Below, in pieces: positions 60,792-64,000 of a stretch of DNA of 64,000 nucleotides. A program made the translations under genes and the position numbers. How positions within the stretch are numbered: the stretch's first letter is position 1; each line of letters opens with the position of its first letter. The DNA comes from an uncultured Phycisphaeraceae bacterium (GTDB lineage Bacteria; Planctomycetota; Phycisphaerae; UBA1845), in assembly GCA_964586145.1 (NCBI GenBank), contig CAZPHH010000006.1, positions 15,337 through 79,336 of the forward strand. Reading direction: 5' to 3'. The notes beneath the pieces were generated by a model. That model did no database searches. It saw nothing but the letters and a program-made list of their open reading frames with translations, and was not told where the DNA came from.

Positions 60792-62210
60792 TCATACGTG
60801 CCCGATGTCCGTGTGAGACGAAATCTCCGTGTTGACCGTACACAGGTCGCTTGCGTCCAGGCCATGCACGTCGTTGCGACCGGTGAGCCGGGCAAACGCC
60901 TTCAGCTCCTCGTTGCAGACGTGCAGGTAGTTCGCCAGTCGCTCGGCGGACTGGTCCACGTCGAGCCGTTCGCGCAGGGCCGGGTCCTGTGTGGCGATGC
61001 CCACCGGGCACTTGCCGGTGTGGCAGACCCGGTACTGCTGGCACCCGCACGCCATCATGGCCGCCGTGCCGATGGCCACCGCGTCGGCGCCCAGGGCCAG
61101 GGCCTTGGCAAAGTCGGCCGACACCCGCAGGCCGCCCGTGATCACCAGCGACACGTGGTCCGCGCCTTCCTTGTCCAGGTACGTCCGTGCCCGGTGCAGG
61201 GCGAAGAGCGTCGGCACGGAGGTGGCCGCCTTGATGAACTTCGGCGCAGAGCCGGTGGCCCCGGGCCGGCCGTCGATCGTGATGTAGTCCGGCTCGGCGG
61301 ACAGGGCGAACGCCAGGTCCTCCTCGATATGCCCGGCCGCCAGCTTGATCCCGATCGGCTTGCCGCCGGACGTCTCGCGCAGCCACGCCACCCGGGCCTT
61401 GAGGTCCTCCCGGCTGCGGATGTCGGGAAACCGCGCCGGACTGGTGATCGCCTGGCCGGCGGGAAACCCGCGGATGCGCGAAATCTCTTCGGTGACCTTC
61501 TCGGCCGGCAGGTGGCCGCCCATGCCCGGCTTGGCCGACTGCCCGATCTTGATCTCGATTGCGTCCGCCGCCCGCAGGTTCTCGTCCGTCAGGCTGTACC
61601 GGTTGGGCACGTACTCGAAGACGTACCGGTACGCCGCCGCCAGCGATTCCGGCAAAATGCCGCCTTCACCGGAGCACATGGCCGTTCTCGCTGCGGCGCT
61701 GCCCTTGGCCATGGCGATCTTGACCTCCCTGGACAGCGCCCCGAACGACATGTGCGTGACGTAGACGGGCATCTCGATGACCAACGGGTGCGCGGCCCGC
61801 GGCCCGATGACCGTTTGCGTGTTGACCGGCTCGTCTTCGTTGAGCGGCAGCCGGGCGAGCTGGGCGCCCCGGATCAGGATGTCGTCCCACGAGAACACGG
61901 CCTGGGTGGACCGCATGGGTTCACTGATGGACTTTCCCGTCGCGGCCATGCGATGAATGTCCGCCATGTGGACTTCCCGCTCGTCGGACGATCGCGTCCA
62001 CCGGGCGAGGTATTCGCCGGCCGGCGGGGGGCCGGTTTCCGCCGTTTCCGCCGGGGCGGAATCCAGCGGGTGGAACTCGGACTTCCCTGCGCCGCAGAGC
62101 GGGCATTCCCAGTCGTCGGGCAGTTGATCCCAGGGGACGCCCTCTGCGGCCTCATCGTAGACGTAGCCGCAAACCGCGCATTCCCAGCGGCGGGCGGTGC
62201 TGCTGCTCAT
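60792..62210 (-). CDS. Rubredoxin-domain :: glutamate-synthase-domain-2-like FMN oxidoreductase fusion
   Basis: The N-terminus WECAVCGYVYDEAAEGVPWDQLPDDWECPLCGAGKSEF is a rubredoxin CxxC...CxxC knuckle pair. The body carries MSFGALS, IKIGQSAKPGMGGHLP, YITIDGRPGATGSAP, VITGGLRVSADFAKALALGADAV and CHTGKCPVGIATQDP, the GltB FMN-domain family pattern. Confidence 0.8.
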   Translation of the reverse strand: MSSSTARRWECAVCGYVYDEAAEGVPWDQLPDDWECPLCGAGKSEFHPLDSAPAETAETGPPPAGEYLARWTRSSDEREVHMADIHRMAATGKSISEPMRSTQAVFSWDDILIRGAQLARLPLNEDEPVNTQTVIGPRAAHPLVIEMPVYVTHMSFGALSREVKIAMAKGSAAARTAMCSGEGGILPESLAAAYRYVFEYVPNRYSLTDENLRAADAIEIKIGQSAKPGMGGHLPAEKVTEEISRIRGFPAGQAITSPARFPDIRSREDLKARVAWLRETSGGKPIGIKLAAGHIEEDLAFALSAEPDYITIDGRPGATGSAPKFIKAATSVPTLFALHRARTYLDKEGADHVSLVITGGLRVSADFAKALALGADAVAIGTAAMMACGCQQYRVCHTGKCPVGIATQDPALRERLDVDQSAERLANYLHVCNEELKAFARLTGRNDVHGLDASDLCTVNTEISSHTDIGHV

Positions 62211-62281
62211 CGGTCGCTCCTTGCGTCTCGCGAACCGCGCGCAAATCCGCAGCGCGGATCAAACCGTCGCCACCGATCCAT

Positions 62282-62779
62282 CTACACCTGCACGAACTTC
62301 TCCGCTTTGGCGCCGCAGATCGGGCACGCGGCGGGCGGGCGGCCCAGCTCGATGTGGCCGCAGATCGGGCAGAGGTAGAACTCGGTCTCCGTCAGGTCCT
62401 TGCCGGCCTTCACCGCTTCGAGGGCCATCTGGTAGAGCTTCGCGTGGACCGCCTCGGTCTTTGCGGCGAATGTGAACATGCGCTTGGCCTTGTGCCCTTC
62501 CGCCTCCGCCTGACTCACCATGGGCGGATACATCTCCTGGAATTCGTGCGTTTCGCCGTCGATGGCCGCCCGGAGGTTCTCCGCGGTGGTTCCGATGCCG
62601 CCCATGGCGGCCAGGTGCCCCAGGGCGTGGATGGTCTCCGCCTCGGCGGCCGTGCGGAAGAGCCGGGCCACGTTGGCGAACCCGTCCTTCTCGGCCTGCT
62701 GGGCAAACGCCGTGTACTTGCGGTTGGCCTGGCTCTCGCCGGCAAACGCCTCCTGAAGGTTGTCCTGTGTCGTTGCCAC
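62282..62779 (-). CDS. rbr: Rubrerythrin
   Basis: Diagnostic motifs are NLQEAFAGESQANRKYTAFAQQAE, EAETIHALGH and the C-terminal rubredoxin-like CPICGHIELGRPPAACPICG. The preferred start is GTG 62779, which is preceded by an AAGGAG Shine-Dalgarno sequence. The track start is 62818. Confidence 0.88.
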   Translation of the reverse strand: MATTQDNLQEAFAGESQANRKYTAFAQQAEKDGFANVARLFRTAAEAETIHALGHLAAMGGIGTTAENLRAAIDGETHEFQEMYPPMVSQAEAEGHKAKRMFTFAAKTEAVHAKLYQMALEAVKAGKDLTETEFYLCPICGHIELGRPPAACPICGAKAEKFVQV

Positions 62780-62957
62780 GAAATCGTTCTCCTTTTCGAT
62801 TACGGTCAAGAGAGACACGGGCCGGCCGGCCGGATGGATAGCCGGGCCCCTCGTTGTGTTCTGTTACGGCTCATGCGCCGATGCCCGCGTTGCCGGAAGC
62901 CCGGACAGGCGCCGCACCATTCCCGGACGGTGAAGGTTTCTGTTGTCGTTCGGTCCC

Positions 62958-63479
62958 TCATGGACGCTTCCTTCTTCGGCGGATCGGCCCCGATGCCCGG
63001 CGTGTCTGCTTCGCGGGAGACGCCGCACCCTTCCGGCTTCGCTTTCGGCGACACTCCGGGCAGATGCCGCGGAGGTGAACGTGGAATTCCCGGATCTCGA
63101 AACCCTGCGTGCTCACGTCCGGCAGCGCCAGGGCGTTCAGCTTCTCGTCTTCCAGATCCAGGATGCGCTCACAGCGGAGGCACACCAGGTGGTGGTGCTG
63201 GTGAATCTTCGGGTCAAACCGCACGGTGCCCCCCGCGTGACAGAGCTTGGTGATCACGCCGATTTCCACCAGCGTGTCCAGGACGCGGTACACCGTGGTC
63301 AGGGACACGCCCGGAATCCGGCGCTTCACCAGGTCGTACACCTGGTCGGCCGTTGGGTGGTCCTCCCGGTCCAGCAGGGCCTCGAAAATCGTCCGCCGCT
63401 GCACGGTCCGCGACAGGCCGTGCTGCCGGCACAACGCCTCGAAGTACTCCACCCGCGCCTGTTTCTGCTGACGTTTCAC
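62958..63479 (-). CDS. Fur-family regulator (PerR-like by context)
   Basis: A winged-helix region is present (TVQRRTIFEALLDREDHPTADQVYDLVKRRIPGVSLTTVYRVLDTLVEIGVI). Metal-site motifs are HHHLVCLRCERI and CPEC, and a basic tail follows. The preferred start is the GTG (VKRQQKQ...) preceded by GAAGGA. The track's TTG start at 63533 is actually the -35 box. Confidence 0.8.
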   Translation of the reverse strand: MKRQQKQARVEYFEALCRQHGLSRTVQRRTIFEALLDREDHPTADQVYDLVKRRIPGVSLTTVYRVLDTLVEIGVITKLCHAGGTVRFDPKIHQHHHLVCLRCERILDLEDEKLNALALPDVSTQGFEIREFHVHLRGICPECRRKRSRKGAASPAKQTRRASGPIRRRRKRP

Positions 63480-63504
63480 GGCCGATCCTTCTGGCCCCTT
63501 TGGA

Positions 63505-63533
63505 AAACTACACCAAATGATAATCCTTGTCAA
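63505..63533 (-). promoter_or_regulatory. Sigma70-type promoter with embedded Fur/PerR-type box
   Basis: The minus strand reads TTGACA-AGGATTATCATTTGGTG-TAGTTT, that is -35, a 17-nt spacer and -10. TGACAAGGATTATCA overlaps the -35 and spacer and matches the 7-1-7 Fur-box pattern TGATAATNATTATCA at 12 of 14 positions. Coordinates may be off by 1. Confidence 0.5.
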
Positions 63534-63719
63534 ATACAGAAGCCGTGGGGGAACGCCGCCCCTCGCGGCAGCGTTCGACCGGCGCCTAAGGACCGTTCTG
63601 TCTCACTCCTGCAACCCCTTGTCGCAGGAATGTGCATATTTCCAGTGGGACAAAAAGGGGGCGGCATGAACAAGCACCCGCTTGCCCATGCCGCCTCATG
63701 TCGCCGTTGAAATGGGAAG

Positions 63720-64000
63720 CTACTTCGCCGGTTGGGTTGCCCCGGGCACGGGCGGAGGTGTTGTCTGGGCCGCCGCCTTCCCGCCACTGTTACCCGTCAG
63801 ATTCCCCGCGATGTTCTGCGTCAGGTTCCGCAGGTCGATGCCCAGCACGCTTTCCACGGTCGCCAGCGATTCGCTGAGGATCCGCGCCCGGCCCAGGGCG
63901 CCGCCGGCGATCGCCCGGCCTTCGCCGCCGTCGATCACCGTGATGTTGTCCAGTCGCACGTTGGCCACCGTCTTGGTGATCTCCCGCACCACGTCGGGCA
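63720..64000 (-). CDS. C-terminal fragment of an SPFH/flotillin-like protein (partial, continues past right edge)
   Basis: The frame stays open to the window edge. ...PDVVREITKTVANVRLDNITVIDGGEG... resembles the flotillin C-terminal ...PLSNIDKITVID.GG... pattern as I recall it. A Gly/Pro/Ala tail follows. Confidence 0.4.
   Translation of the reverse strand, partial: PDVVREITKTVANVRLDNITVIDGGEGRAIAGGALGRARILSESLATVESVLGIDLRNLTQNIAGNLTGNSGGKAAAQTTPPPVPGATQPAK

Noticed and set aside
62780-62957. Separate promoter or PerR box in front of rubrerythrin
   Set aside because: The only TTGACC lies too close to the Shine-Dalgarno sequence and GTG to leave room for a -10 and a leader. No Fur-box-like palindrome is seen. 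An imperfect GC hairpin is present, but I cannot support a call. Co-transcription with the regulator is at least as likely.

Overview
This is a high-GC bacterial chromosomal segment, roughly two-thirds G+C by eye. I found no rRNA, no CRISPR array and no recognisable transposase or integrase. All calls come from reading the sequence and the ORF track by eye. No HMM or BLAST search was possible, so family names are recollections of family motifs. Start codons are often uncertain, and the track prints M for GTG/TTG starts.

Gene content suggests a Planctomycetota/PVC-type organism, but this is inference only. The basis is GspG-type pseudopilins, a PSCyt-like cytochrome domain, zinc-ribbon membrane proteins, a Tyr-tailed BY-kinase and an enormous secretin-related ORF.

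**Layout**
- **1-20.1 kb:** one minus-strand pseudopilus/T2SS-like operon with its own promoter. The order is gspF, gspG, three minor pseudopilins (H/I/J-like), gspK, a PilM-PilN/GspL-like fusion and a GspM/PilO-like gene. These are followed by a 3240-aa ORF made of about 30 tandem secretin N-domain modules without a pore domain. A REP-filled spacer and a second secretin-family ORF, which runs off the left edge, complete the operon. No GspE ATPase, GspC or prepilin peptidase is present in the window.
- **20-43 kb:** housekeeping and envelope genes. These are an M14 peptidase, accA, galE, a PSCyt-like protein, trpB, a HEAT lipoprotein, a Zn-ADH, pgeF/yfiH and a GH20 hexosaminidase. The block also holds a macro-domain gene broken at a G9 homopolymer and a ~1 kb C-skewed non-coding stretch with REP hairpins. 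It continues with an orphan histidine kinase, deacetylase-like and Cys-rich lipoproteins, an SMP-30 lactonase, a DUF4097 protein, a NUDIX hydrolase, a CheY-like receiver and rpsO-pnp.
- **43-50 kb:** a visibly more AT-rich patch around tRNA-Arg(UCG). It holds an ABC-type AAA ATPase plus a DUF4276 (Toprim-like) partner with an in-frame TAA, which looks like a decaying OLD/PARIS-like defence pair. It also holds a zinc-ribbon membrane protein, a Lys/Ala-rich histone-H1-like protein, ldcA, an orphan PD-(D/E)XK-motif protein and a repeat-laden 600-bp spacer.
- **50-64 kb:** leuS, then an ExeA/GspA-like ATPase with a long coiled-coil tail that is divergent from a Wza-like / BY-kinase / glycosyltransferase EPS module. 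Next is a minus-strand oxidative-stress cluster (PerR/Fur-like regulator with a promoter-embedded Fur-type box, rubrerythrin, a rubredoxin::glutamate-synthase-domain fusion, di-haem cytochrome c peroxidase). A flotillin-like C-terminal fragment sits at the right edge.

**Most interesting:** the secretin-N-only giant protein and the atypical secretion operon around it.
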